NCBI GenBank assembly: GCA_963733375.1
Contig: CAVTDB010000003.1
Coordinates: 32,001-96,000 of the forward strand
DNA length: 64,000 bases
Direction: 5' to 3'
DNA from: Nitrospirota bacterium
Lineage (GTDB): Bacteria; Nitrospirota; JACRHJ01
Shown: positions 1 through 11,435 of the stretch, one piece after another
Numbering within the stretch: the first letter of the stretch is position 1
Layout: the number at the start of each line of letters is the position of its first letter
Made by a program: the position numbers and the translations under genes
Notes under the pieces: generated by a model
Told to the model about the DNA's origin: nothing
The model's database searches: none
Seen by the model: only the letters and a program-made list of their open reading frames with translations

Positions 1-174
1 GGAACCGTAAAGAGGCCAAAACTCGAAAGAGCAATAACCTTCGATAAGGGAAAGAATTAAAATTCCTTGCTCATTGTTTTTTGGGGCGGGGCCCCTCCCA
101 AGGCTACATCCCGCCCGCTCATCTCTTCAAGTGCGCGTCCGGCGTATCCAGCCCGGTCCGTTTTTATTTCTTTT

Positions 175-709
175 TTATTCCTTCACGAATATAAGCGCTG
201 CGGAGTTCATGCAGTAGCGAAGGCCGGTGGGCGCGGGTCCGTCGTCGAATACGTGGCCCAGGTGCGCGTCGCACCTGCTGCAAAGCACCTCGGTCCTCGT
301 GATAAAAAAACCTTTATCAATTTTCGTATATACGTTTTCTTTCGCTATCGGCTGCCAGAAGCTCGGCCACCCGGTCCTGGAATCGTACTTGGCGTCGGAA
401 CTGAACAGGTCGAGTCCGCAGCAGACGCATTTATATATCCCTTTTTCGTGGTTGTCCCAGTAGGCGTTCTCATACGCCGGTTCCGTACCCGCTTCCCTCG
501 CCACATGGAACTGCTCCGGCGTGAGCAGCTTGCGCCACTCATCTTTTGATTTTATTACCTTCTCCGACATGATATATCCTTTCTTCCCGGCCGAATAAAC
601 CCTTATCGCATGCGGCCTTACAGCAGCCGAAGCATGACCGGCGCGGCCTTGCCGAGCATGAGCATACGGCAAGCGCCGCAAGTGCCAGTATCGCCGCCGA
701 AAATTTCAT
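175..709 (-). CDS. msrB: Peptide-methionine (R)-S-oxide reductase MsrB, probably with an N-terminal signal peptide in a shifted frame
   Basis: Core 175-570 has KLLTPEQFHVAREAGTEPAY, YKCVCCG, GWPSF, CSRCDAHLGHVF and RYCMNS. An upstream ATG at 709 has a GGAGG RBS and encodes MKFSAAILALAALAVCSC in another frame. Confidence 0.93.
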
Positions 710-837
710 CTGGTCCTCCATATTTTGTTTATTATAACATTTGTTCGTTATGTTATATTTTTAGAACACCTTTTCTTTTCTTTTACGAAAAGTCATCGCG
801 AGAAAGAAAACAAAAGAAAACGGGGGGTAAGGGACAA

Positions 838-1686
838 TTGCAGATAAAATGGGGGCCTGCGGTCATTCTGGCCGCCTACGTAATCCTGCTCGTCCTCGAA
901 ACTCTATTCCCGTTAAGGGGCAGGAAGCTTCCCCGAAAAGGCCGGTTCCTGGTAAACGCGTCCATGACCGCGCTCGTATTCTTAGCCGGGGGTTTAATCG
1001 TCCGGACGGTCGGCCTCTCCGTTGCGGCGTGGGCCGAAGCGAAACCCTTCGGGCTCCTTCACATTGCCCGATTGCCGGCCTGGGCCAGGTTTGCCCTGGG
1101 CTTCCTGCTCATGGACCTCTCCTTTTACTACTGGCACCGGATAAACCACGAACTGCCGATACTCTGGAGGTTCCATAACGTCCACCACGCAGACCCGGAC
1201 ATGGACGTCACCACCTCGTTCAGGTTTCACTTGGTCGAGGTGCTTTATTCCACGGGGTTCCGGGCGCTTCAGGTGCTGATAACCGGCGTGTCGCCTTTTA
1301 CCTATGCCGTTTACGAGATTTTCTTCGCCTGCGAAACGGCGTTCCATCACAGTAACCTCCGCCTCCCCGTCAGGTTAGAGTCATTACTGAACAAGATAAT
1401 CGTCACGCCCCGCATGCACGGCATACACCACTCTTTCGTCATGGAGGAGACCAACTCGAACTACTCCACTATCTTCAGGTGGTGGGACTGGCTTCACGGC
1501 ACCCTGGACCTGGGAGTGCCGCAGAAGGATATCACTATCGGCGTACCCGCCTACTCAGCGCCGGGGGATAACGGTTTTATGCGGCTTAACCTCATGCCGT
1601 TCGAAAAGCAGCGGGATTACTGGAGGCTGCCGGACGGCGGGATCAAAAAGCGCGGCGCGCACGACAGAAGGGCAATGGTGGAATAA
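838..1686 (+). CDS. Sterol desaturase / fatty acid hydroxylase family membrane protein
   Basis: His boxes YYWHRINH, FHNVHH, FHH and HGIHH plus hydrophobic segments. Start is uncertain (TTG at 838 chosen). Confidence 0.88.
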   Translation: MQIKWGPAVILAAYVILLVLETLFPLRGRKLPRKGRFLVNASMTALVFLAGGLIVRTVGLSVAAWAEAKPFGLLHIARLPAWARFALGFLLMDLSFYYWHRINHELPILWRFHNVHHADPDMDVTTSFRFHLVEVLYSTGFRALQVLITGVSPFTYAVYEIFFACETAFHHSNLRLPVRLESLLNKIIVTPRMHGIHHSFVMEETNSNYSTIFRWWDWLHGTLDLGVPQKDITIGVPAYSAPGDNGFMRLNLMPFEKQRDYWRLPDGGIKKRGAHDRRAMVE

Positions 1687-2649
1687 ATGAGATTCGAGGA
1701 AAAGATAGCGGGCTATACGGGCGGCGGGCTTAGGTGTACGGATATCGAAGTCCTGCAGGTGAACCTCGGGCTTAAATGCAACCAGGCTTGCCTCCATTGC
1801 CACGTCTCCGCCTCGCCGGATAGAGACGAGGTGATGCAGTGGCCGACCATGTCGTTAGTCCTTGACGCGGTGACTCAGGCCCGGCCGAAGCTCGTCGATC
1901 TGACGGGCGGCGCGCCGGAGATAAACCCTGATTTCAGGAGGTTCGTATCGGCCCTTTGCGACGGCGGTTCTACTGTCCAGGTAAGGACGAACTTAACCGC
2001 GCTCCTTCTGCCGGGAAACGAGGACCTGCCCGAATTTCTGGCACAGCGAAATGTCCGGCTTGCGGCTTCCATGCCCTGCTATCTCGAGGAAAACGTGCGC
2101 GCGCAACGCGGGGCGGGGGTATACGAAGACAGCATAACCGCGATAAAAAAACTGAACGCGCTTGGATACGGCGACTCATCCGGTCTGTCTATCCGGGCTC
2201 TCGGCTCGACCTTATCTACAACCCCGGCGGGACGTATCTGCCGCCTGGTCAGGGCGCGCTCGAAGCGGACTACAGAAGGGAGCTTTCGCTTCAGGTTCGG
2301 AGTAGTATTTTCGAACCTCCTGACTATCGCCAACATGCCGCTCGGGCGTTTTCGCTCTCAGCTGCCGGGAGAAAAAGAGCGCGAATACATGGAGCTTCTG
2401 GAAGGGTCTTTCAACCCGGAAACCCTGGAGGGGGTCATGTGCAGGCGCCAGGTGAGCGTCGGCTGGGACGGGCGGCTCTACGACTGCGATTTCAACCTCG
2501 CGCTCGGCCTCCCCATAGCCGGGGACGCGCCGCGCACCATAGCGGATTTCGACGCCTTAAAGCTTGCCCGCCGGAGCATCGCCACGGGCCCCCACTGCTA
2601 CGGCTGCACGGCCGGATGCGGCTCTTCCTGCAAAGGCGCGTTAGTATAA
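1687..2649 (+). CDS. arsS: ArsS-family radical SAM protein (rSAM/Cys-rich tail, DUF3641)
   Basis: LQVNLGLKCNQACLHCHV, LTGGAPE, YDCDFN and C-terminal HCYGCTAGCGSSC. Around 2190-2290 the alternative frame reads LDLIYNPGG, consistent with compensating frameshifts. Confidence 0.85.
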   Translation: MRFEEKIAGYTGGGLRCTDIEVLQVNLGLKCNQACLHCHVSASPDRDEVMQWPTMSLVLDAVTQARPKLVDLTGGAPEINPDFRRFVSALCDGGSTVQVRTNLTALLLPGNEDLPEFLAQRNVRLAASMPCYLEENVRAQRGAGVYEDSITAIKKLNALGYGDSSGLSIRALGSTLSTTPAGRICRLVRARSKRTTEGSFRFRFGVVFSNLLTIANMPLGRFRSQLPGEKEREYMELLEGSFNPETLEGVMCRRQVSVGWDGRLYDCDFNLALGLPIAGDAPRTIADFDALKLARRSIATGPHCYGCTAGCGSSCKGALV

Positions 2650-2653
2650 AACC

Positions 2654-2752
2654 GTTACTTTTCTTTCGCGGGAAAGAAAAGTAACACAAAAGAAAGCTGG
2701 ACTGTTAAACGCCCAAAAGTTTTTGGCGTTACCTTTTTCCTAAAAAGGTAAC
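2654..2752. repeat. Cluster of related hairpins (REP-like or bidirectional terminator) between convergent genes
   Basis: GTTACTTTTCTTTC-GCGG-GAAAGAAAAGTAAC (2654-2685) and GTTACCTTTTT-CCT-AAAAAGGTAAC (2728-2752). Confidence 0.6.
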
Positions 2753-2759
2753 AAAGGTT

Positions 2760-4106
2760 TTAATCTTTATAATAGATTTTCGCAAGCGTCTCCGGCTTCA
2801 CGCCCAGGGCGTACAGTATCCTTAACGCATGGTTCCTGACGGCGGAAAAATATATGCCGTCGGAAATATATTTTCTTGCCGAAGTCTCTGCGCGCTCTTT
2901 GAGGATGCGTATCCTGCCGCCGCGCCTCCGCACCCTTTTCATAAGCTCCACGTCTTCCATCAGGGGGATGTCTTTGTAACCGCCTATCTTATCGAAATAG
3001 TCCTTCCGGATGAAGATCGCCTGGTCGCCGTACGGGACCCGCGTAATACGCGAGCGGATACCCGCGGACCAGGTAACGAACTTCATAAACCGGCGGTCTG
3101 AATTAATCAGCAGGTCGAAGGCCCCGCCTATGTACCTGCCGGAGCTTATGACTTCGTCGATTTTCCTGAACGCATTTTCGGGGATAAGGGTATCCGCGTG
3201 CAGGAAGACCAATACCTCTCCGCGAGCCTTTGCCGCGCCTTCATTCATCTGCCTTGCGCGCCCTTTTCCGGCGGAGACCTTTATCACGCCTGCCTCTTCA
3301 ACCGCTTCCAATTCAACCGCTTCCAAAGTGTCCATCTCCGGGCTCCCGTCAACGACTATTATCTCAGCGGTTCGGCCCCGGTCGATTTTGCGCAGGTGCC
3401 TGATTACACGGTTGATATTCACCGCCTCGTTCAGGACCGGGATTATCACCGAGAATTTCTTGCGGACGGATAGCCCCGCGATCTCTATATCCTCCACCCG
3501 GTCGATATCCATCAGCTCCGGCAGGATGTGCGGCTCCGCCTCCGCCCCCCCCGCCGCGCCTGCCCCCCTCGCCGCCCCCGCCCGCTTGAAGGCGGCCATC
3601 GTATCAGTGAAAACTGTATCCGCGCCCCATCTGATCCCGTTAAAGACTTCGGGCAGAAAACCCTTTCGGCTGAAGCCGATAAGGTAGTATCCGCCGTCTT
3701 TTGCCGGGCCGATGGCCGCGCCGTTATCAGGAAGCTTCGAAAACGCCTCTTCGATAATATTGCCGCTTAAATCCGGGATATCGCTTCCGGCCAGGACGAC
3801 GTATGCGGCCCCGTCCGAGAAGGCGGATCTAAATGCGTTTTCCATCCGCTGGCCCAGGTCCGCCCCGGCTTGCGGAAAATACACGCGCCCCTCTCCCAGC
3901 CACGTCTTAACTTCCGCCGCCTTATCCGGCGGATAAAAGTCTATCCGTATGTCGTAGTCCCCGCCTTCGACGGCTTTCAGGGAACGCGCGCCGATTTCCT
4001 TATAGAGTTCAACGGCCAGGTCTCTGCCTATCTCCGCCGAAAGGCGCGTTTTTACCGCCCCCCGTTCGGGGGATTTGACGAAGAATATAAGGAGCCGCTT
4101 GTCCAT
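2760..4106 (-). CDS. Fused TIGR04282-like (DUF2064) and TIGR04283-like family 2 glycosyltransferase
   Basis: N-half has IFFVKSPERGAVKTRL, QAGADLGQRM, GSDIPDL, GPAKDGGYYLIG and DID. C-half has SVIIPVLNEA, VVDG, GRARQMNEGA, FLHADT, YGDQAIF and LMEDVE. Confidence 0.85.
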   Translation of the reverse strand: MDKRLLIFFVKSPERGAVKTRLSAEIGRDLAVELYKEIGARSLKAVEGGDYDIRIDFYPPDKAAEVKTWLGEGRVYFPQAGADLGQRMENAFRSAFSDGAAYVVLAGSDIPDLSGNIIEEAFSKLPDNGAAIGPAKDGGYYLIGFSRKGFLPEVFNGIRWGADTVFTDTMAAFKRAGAARGAGAAGGAEAEPHILPELMDIDRVEDIEIAGLSVRKKFSVIIPVLNEAVNINRVIRHLRKIDRGRTAEIIVVDGSPEMDTLEAVELEAVEEAGVIKVSAGKGRARQMNEGAAKARGEVLVFLHADTLIPENAFRKIDEVISSGRYIGGAFDLLINSDRRFMKFVTWSAGIRSRITRVPYGDQAIFIRKDYFDKIGGYKDIPLMEDVELMKRVRRRGGRIRILKERAETSARKYISDGIYFSAVRNHALRILYALGVKPETLAKIYYKD

Positions 4107-4266
4107 TATCAAAATATATGCCCGTTGAGCCAATGCAGTCAAATGTTATTCTCACAGCCATTTGAAATATACGGGATGCTGATATATACTTAACAAGATA
4201 AGGTCATATTAAGAGCATGGCAGAAGGTACTTAAGGACCTTGAATCAGCAGGGAGAAGTAACGGTA

Positions 4267-4911
4267 ATGTCCGAGTCGAAAGAGAAAAGACACGGCGAGG
4301 ACCAGGAGGGGCGCGGCATTGACCTGCATGTCCTGGGTCTTATAATCGCTTCGGAAAATGTCTTGTTCGCCCTGCCCGATGCATCCCGCATCGCGGAATA
4401 TTTCGGCGACACGCTCGTCTCAATACCCGGCATAAAAGGATGCCGCGTCTGTATTGACGGCACATCGGTGCAAAGGGGCGAGGTGGACGACGGCGACGCC
4501 TGCGGCGAATGCATGGCCCGGCACGCGACTGACGGCTCCCCGTTCCGATGCGGCCTTGAGGGTCAACCCGGCATACGGGTGATCCCGCTCGAGGCCAAGG
4601 AACATTTTTTCGGTTTCCTCGTCTTCAAGACGGACGAGACGGGCTCATTTATGCCGTACGAGCCCTTTATAGACAACCTCGCCACTTTCATTACGCTTTC
4701 ACTCGAGAACCGCCTCCAGAAAGACCTCCTGCAGGAGGCGCACGACAGCCTGGAATTAAAGGTGCGCGAGCGGACGGAAGAACTGAACGAAAAAGTGGAA
4801 GAACTCAAGAAATTCTCCAAAGTCGCCCTCGGCCGGGAGCTCAGGATAATAGAGCTAAAGGAAGAAGTCAAAAGGCTGAAAGACGAACTCTCACAAGGCA
4901 AAGCCGCCTGA
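4267..4911 (+). CDS. Hypothetical Cys-containing GAF-like protein with C-terminal coiled coil
   Basis: CRVC, CGEC and FRC motifs; GAF-like end FFGFLVF...LATFITLSLENRL; tail LELKVRERTEEL...RELRIIELKEEV. No kinase domain. Confidence 0.6.
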   Translation: MSESKEKRHGEDQEGRGIDLHVLGLIIASENVLFALPDASRIAEYFGDTLVSIPGIKGCRVCIDGTSVQRGEVDDGDACGECMARHATDGSPFRCGLEGQPGIRVIPLEAKEHFFGFLVFKTDETGSFMPYEPFIDNLATFITLSLENRLQKDLLQEAHDSLELKVRERTEELNEKVEELKKFSKVALGRELRIIELKEEVKRLKDELSQGKAA

Positions 4912-5015
4912 CACTACACCCGGCCATTAGCGCCAGGTTGCGGTAGTCACTTCCGCTGGTATACTTAATTAAATCAAAGCCGAGTCCGCTACTCCCCTGT
5001 TGAGAGCACAAAACC

Positions 5016-6197
5016 ATGCGTGATACCCAGGTCCGCCGGCTTTCTTGCCGTTCTTCGTTCACGACTGCTTTACTGGCCGCGCTCGCATGCCTTTGCCTGA
5101 GTGTTCCGGCATGCGGAAAGAAAAAACCGCCCGCGCCGCCTCCGCCGGCGGTCGAAGTCGTGAGCGTTATCCAGAGAGACATCCCCGTAATCCACGAGTG
5201 GGTCGGCTCCACGGACGGCCTGGTCAACGCCGCTATCAGGGCCCAGGTCACGGGGTATCTGATAAAACAGGACTATGTGGAAGGCGACGTCGTAAAGAAG
5301 GGGCAGGAACTCTTCGAGATAGACCCGCGGCCTTTCCGGGCCGCGCTGGACCAGGCCCAGGGGACTCTTTCACAGTACACGGCGCAGTGGGAGAATGCAA
5401 AGGCCACACTGGAAAGGGTCAAGCCTCTGGTCGCCCAGAACGCCCTGAGCAAGAAGGACCTGGACGACGCAACCGGCGCGGAACGCTCCGCAAAGGCTCA
5501 GGTCGCAGCCGCACGGGCGGCCGTGGAGAACGCCCGGATAAACCTTGGCTTCACAAAGATTATTTCACCCATCGGCGGCGTGGCGGGCCTCGCCACCACG
5601 CAGATAGGAACCTCGTCGGCCCCGCCCTTGGGGCGGAGTTGACTACGGTTTCGACAATCCAGCCGATAAAAATCTATTACGCGATAAACGAGGAGGCCTA
5701 TATCGACTTCATGCGGCAGTTCGGCTCCGATGCCGCGGGCTTAAGGCGGCCAGGAAGCTTAGGATTGAGCTGGTCCTGGCGGACGGTACGAAATATCCCT
5801 ATACAAGGGAACTTTTACGCACTGGACCGGCAGGTGGACGTGAGGACGGGTACGTTAAGGGTGGAGGCGCTCTTTCCAAACCCGCGCAACCTTCTGCGCC
5901 CCGGGCAGTTCGTGAGGGTACGGGTGCTGGCCGGCATGAGGAAAGGGGCGCTTTTACTGCCGCAGAGGGCGGTTACGGAGCTTCAGGGGGGCTATCAGGT
6001 GGCCGTGGTCGGCCCGGATAACAGGGTGTCTCTCAGGTCCGTCAAACCCGGCGAACAAATCGGGACGTTCTGGGTGATAGAGACGGGGCATAAGCCCGGG
6101 CGAGCGAGTGGTGGCGGAAGGCGCCCAGAAGGTGAAGCAGGGCCAATTGGTAAACCCGAGGCCGTTTGCCGTCAGCACCACAGCCGAAAAAAGGTAA
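5016..6197 (+). CDS. RND efflux periplasmic adaptor subunit (frameshifted)
   Basis: Lipobox VPAC, IRAQVTGYL, LFEIDPRPF, FTKIISPI, then VDVRTGTL and LRPGQFVRV in other frames. Confidence 0.88.
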
Positions 6198-6207
6198 ATA
6201 GCGCCCC

Positions 6208-9200
6208 ATGTACCGGTTCTTTATCAGACGCCCGATTGTCGCGATGGTCATCGCGATTATCATGATAATCGTGGGACTGGTCGCGATGTCCAGCCTGCCT
6301 GTCGCGCAGTATCCGAAGATCGTGCCGCCTGAAATCCTCGTCCAGACAACTTATGTCGGGGCCGACGCTCAGACCATAGAGCAGGCGATGGCCACGCCGC
6401 TTGAGCAGCAGATGAGCGGCGTGGACAACATGAACTACATGTACTCCATCAATTCCAACAACGGCCTGATGCGCCTGACGGTAAATTTCGACGTTGCGAC
6501 GGATCCGAATACGGACCAGATACTGGCCCAGCTGCGCGAGGGTCAGGCGGAACCGCAGTTCCCGGTGGACGTGCGCAACTACGGCATAACGGTGCAGAAA
6601 TCATATTCCACGCCGCTCGCGCTCTTCGCGCTGTATTCGCCCCACGGCACATACGACGCCACCTTCCTGGCCAACTATGCCTCCATAAACTTAAACGACC
6701 AGCTGACACGGGTAAAGGGTATCGGAAGCGTCGCCGTCTTCGGGGCGGGCCAGTACGCCATGCGCTGCTGGGTGCGTCCGGACGTCCTGGCAAAGCTGAA
6801 CATCACCATCCCCGAAATCGTGACGGCGCTCCAGAGGCAGAACACGGTGAACCCCGCGGGGCAGGTGGGCGGAGAGCCCGCACCGCCCGGGCAGGAATAT
6901 ACTTACGCAATCCAGGCGCAGGGGCGGTTAGTTACGCCGGAGGAGTTCGGGCGGATAGTCATAAGGGCGAACCCCGACGGCTCTTTAGTCCGTTTAAGCG
7001 ACGTGGCCAGGATCGACCTGGGCGCCCAGGACTACAGCCTCATCGGGCGCTTCAACGGAAAGCCCTCCGCCATACTCGCCCTCTACCAGCTGCCGGGCAC
7101 GAACGCGCTCGACGCCGTGGACGGCGTGAAGCAGGCGATGGCGAAGATGCGGCAGTCGTTCCCGCCGGACCTCGATTACGCGGTCGCGCTGGACACCACG
7201 CAGTCCGTGAGAGAAGGGATAAAAGAGATCGAGATAACGCTGGGGATTGCCATGCTGCTGGTGATCCTCGTGGTATTCGTCTTCCTCCAGGGATGGCGGG
7301 CCACGCTCATCCCCGCTATAGCCGTCCCGGTCTCCCTGATAGGCACCTTCGCCTTTTTCCCGCTACTTGGTTTTTCGATAAACCCCATCGCGCTCATGGG
7401 GATGGTGGTGGCGATAGGGCTCGTGGTGGACGACGCCATCGTCGTCGTCGAAGCCGTGGAGAGGCATATCGAGGACGGGCTGGCTCCGAAGGAGGCGGCA
7501 GAGAGGGCGATGGAGGAGGTCGCGGCTCCGGTCGCGGCCATCGCGCTGGTCCTGGCGGCTGTCTTCCTGCCGACCCTTTTCATACCCGGCATAACCGGAA
7601 GGCTTTATACGCAGTTTGCCGTCACTATCGCTATCTCGGTGCTGTTGTCCGCGTTCAACGCCCTGACGCTCTCCCCGGCGCTTTGCGGCGTCCTGCTCCG
7701 CCCGAAGAAGAAGACGCGCGGGCCGCTCGGCTGGTTTTACGGCTGGTTCAACCGGACCTTCGACCGCGCGCGCGAAGGCTACATCAGCATATCCCGCGCC
7801 ATCATCCGCAAGGCGGTAATCGGGTTTGTCATCCTGGCCGCGCTCACCGCCGGGATATATCTGCTCGGCAAGCAGATCCCGGGCGGCTTCCTGCCGGAGG
7901 AGGACCAGGGCTACCTGTTCAGCGTCATCCAGCTGCCCGACGCCTCCTCGCTCCAGCGCTCGTCGGAGGCCGCGCGCAATGTCGAGCGGGTAATCCTCGG
8001 CACGCCGGGTGTTAAGTCCTGCACCTCGGTCATCGGCTTCAGCCTCTTGAGCTTCGTGAGGAACACTTCAGCAGCTTCTTCTTCATTACCCTGAAGCCGT
8101 GGTCCGAGAGGGACGGTTGGAGAAGGCCCCGGACATCCTGGCCCATCTGAACCGGGACTTAAGCAAACTGCCGCAGGGCATCGCGGTGGCGTTTCCCCCG
8201 CCCGCCATACAGGGTGTCGGGTCCTCCGGGGGCGTTACGTTCATCTTCGAGGACCGCGCCGGCAAAGACATTAAATTCCTGGCGGACAACACGAAGAAGT
8301 TCATAGACGCGGCCGGGAAACGTCCGGAGATCGCGCGGGTCAGCACGACCATTCTGCCCAGCGTGCCGCAGTATTTCGTGGACGTGGACCGGGACAGGGT
8401 CTTAAGCCAGGGCGTGGACCTGGGGGAGGTTTACGGCACGCTCCAGTCGTTCATGGGAGGGCAGTTCGTAAATTACTTCAACCGTTTCGGCAGGCAGTGG
8501 CAGGTGTACGTGGAGGCCGAGGGCGATTACAGGACCAACGTCAGGCAGTTGGGCCAGTTTTACGTGCGAAACGCAAGCGGAGGCTCCGTGCCGCTCGCGG
8601 CTGTGACAAAGACGTCAAGCGCGGACGGGCCCGGAGTTTACCATGCGCTATAACGAATACCGCTCGGCGCAGATCAACGCGACCGCCGCCCCCGGCTACA
8701 GCACGGCGCAGGCGATGAAGGCCCTGGAGGAGGTATTCGCGAAGACGATGCCGCCCGAAATGGGATACGACTACCTGGGGATGTCGTACCAGGAACAGCT
8801 GGCAAGCAAGGGCATCCCTCCCGCGGCTATATTTTCTCTCTCGCTGGTTTTCGTCTTCCTGATACTCGCCGCTCTTTACGAAAGCTGGTCTTTGCCGTTC
8901 AGCGTCCTTTTGGGTACGCCCGTCGCGGTATTCGGCGCGTTCGCCGCACTCCTGCTCCGTGGGATGGTATTCAATATCTACGCGCAGATCGGGCTCATCG
9001 TATTGATAGGTCTCGCGGCCAAAAACGCGATACTCATAGTCGAATTCGCGAAGACGGAACATGAAAAAGGCAAAGGGCTGGAAGACTCGGCGCTGGCCGG
9101 GGCGAGGCTAAGGCTTCGCCCGATACTGATGACGTCCTTCGCGTTTATCTTGGGCAGCGTGCCGCTTGCGCTGGCCAGCGGTTCCGGCGCCATCGCCCGG

Positions 9201-9354
9201 CAGATTATGGGTACAGACGTCATCGGCGGGATGCTGGCGGCAACCGGCATCGCCATATTCTTAATCCCGATGATGTTCTATGTAATTGAGAAATTCAGCG
9301 AACGCGGGAAGAAAGTAACGCCGCCGAAATCCGGATGGGCAAGGACATGCGTAA
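6208..9354 (+). CDS. HAE1-family RND efflux permease, AcrB-like (split by frameshifts)
   Basis: [38 protein letters not shown] and [12 protein letters not shown] across ORFs 6208-8094, 8099-8653 and 8643 onward. End is approximate. Confidence 0.92.
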
Positions 9355-10772
9355 ACTTCTTTTCGCTATTTTTATCCTTTTCGCGTTTAACGGCTGCATG
9401 GTCGGCCCGGACTATAAACGCCCGACGGTGGACATACCGGGGTCGTGGCGCACGCCGGAGACAAACGCTCAGGACATGGCCGACACGGCCTGGTGGGAGC
9501 AGTTCGGCGACCCGGCGCTTAACGAGCTTATAAAAACGGCCATACAACAGAACAAGGACTTGAAAGTGGCCTCGTACAGGGTGGAGGAGTTCGAAGGCCA
9601 GGTTATCACGACGCGCGCGCCTTTGTTTCCGCAGGTGGGCGCGGGATTTAGCGCACAGAGGAACCGTATCTCCGAAAAGGGCCAGGAACCGCTTTCCGGC
9701 TCGATTAAAAACCCGGCCAATATATTCAACGCGTCGATAAACGCAAGCTGGGAGATAGACCTGTGGGGCAGGATACAGGCGTTCGACCGAAGCGGCGCGC
9801 GCGGACCTTCTAAGCACCGAGGAGGCAAGGAGAGGCGTCATCCTTACCCTCGTAACGCAGGTGGCCGGAAGCTACGTGAACCTCCTCGACCTGGACAACC
9901 AGTTGGATATCGCGAAGCGAACGGCGAAGACACGCGGGGACTATTACGGGATATTTCAAAAGCGCTACAAGGCGGGCATAATATCGGACTTAGAGCTGTA
10001 TCAGGCAAAATCGCAATACGAGCAGGCGCTGGCGGCCATACCGGCCCTGGAAAAAGCCATTGCCCAGCAGGAGAATGCCTTAAGCCTTTTGATTGGCCGC
10101 AATCCCGGCCCAATACCGAGGGGCAAAGGCATCAATGGTCTTAACCTGCCTCCCATACCCCAGGGGCTGCCGTCGGAGCTGCTTGAGCGGCGGCCCGACA
10201 TACTTCAGGCGGAACAGAATTTAATCGCGGCCAACGCCCGCATCGGGGCCGCGAAGGCCCAGTATTTCCCGGCGATAACGCTGACCGGCGCGTTCGGCTT
10301 TTCCAGCACGCAGTTGTCGAGCCTGTTCACCGGCCCGGCGCGCGCCTGGAACTGGATGGGCACCGCAATCCAGCCCATCTTCACGGTGGGCCTGATTTCC
10401 GGGCAGGTAAAATCGGCGAAGGCGGTCCGGGAGGAGGCCCTTTTCCAGTATGAAAAGGCAATCCAGGACGCCTTCCGGGACGTGGACGACGCGCTCGTGG
10501 ACCAGATGCGAACGAAAGAGCAGCTTGAGGAACAGGCAAGGCTGGTGGAGTCGTTAAGGGTTTCCGCCAGGGTTGCGCGGCTCCGCTACGATAACGGCTA
10601 CACGAGCTATATCGACGTGCTCGACGCCGAGCGCAGTCTCTTCGACGCCGAGCTTGGCTATACCCAGACGAAAGGCGCGTTATTTCAGGCGCTGATAAAC
10701 CTTTACAAGGCGATGGGAGGCGGCTGGATAACGATGGCGGAAACGCCGGTTTCAAAGGCGCCGCCGGATTGA
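9347..10772 (+). CDS. RND outer membrane factor lipoprotein, NodT/OprM family (frameshifted)
   Basis: [45 protein letters not shown] and LYKAMGGGW. Confidence 0.92.
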
Positions 10773-10838
10773 CAACCCGTGCCCCGGAGCTATAATTTTA
10801 GAAGGGCTATGAGATATTTTAATCAGGAGGGATGTACA

Positions 10839-11362
10839 ATGAAAAAGATTTTAGCTTCAATATCAATACTCAGCTTCATGCTGATGGTTACGGTTCTGTT
10901 CGCGCAGGCCGCGGAGAAAACTTGACCGGAAGGACATGAAATTTGTCCACGATGCCGCAATCGGCGGCATGCTGCAAGTTCAGCTTGGGCAGATTGTAAA
11001 GGACAAGGCCCAGTCGCAGGACGTGAAGGATTTCGGCGCGCGCATGGTAACCGACCACACCGGAGTCAATACCGCGTTGAAACAACTCGCAGATAAGAAG
11101 GGTATAATGCTGCCCGATAAGCTGGACGCAAAGCATGAAAAAATCGTCGATAAGCTCTCCAAGCTCTCCGGCGCGGACTTCGACAAGGAATACATGAAGC
11201 ATATGGTGAAGGGCCATGAAAGCGATGTGGCTGCTTTTAAAAAGGCGTCTAAGGAGCTTAAAGGACCCGGACCTGAAGGACTTTGCCGCAAAGACGCTGC
11301 CGGCTTACGAGGAACACCTGAAACTGGCAAAGGAAACCGCCGCTAAATTAGGGGCTAAATAA
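10839..11362 (+). CDS. DUF4142 domain secreted protein (frameshifted)
   Basis: GGAGG RBS, signal peptide MKKILASISILSFMLMV, then FVHDAAIGGMLQVQLG, VKDFGARMVTDH and FDKEYMKHMVKGH. Confidence 0.8.
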
Positions 11363-11390
11363 GCGGTTGTCGATACGACTTTGCCTTTTT

Positions 11391-11420
11391 AAGCCGCAGG
11401 GGTTTAACCCCCTGCGGTTT
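11391..11420. terminator. Probable bidirectional terminator
   Basis: CCGCAGGGG...CCCCTGCGG hairpin between convergent genes. Confidence 0.6.
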
Positions 11421-11435
11421 CTATTTCACTGAAGG

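Noticed and set aside
2590-2649. Selenocysteine in the ArsS C-terminal motif
   Set aside because: The codon is TGC (GSSCKG) and the ORF ends at TAA; there is no in-frame TGA.
5016-10772. Programmed frameshifting or pseudogenisation of the RND operon
   Set aside because: Indels occur window-wide without consistent slippery sites, which fits read error better.
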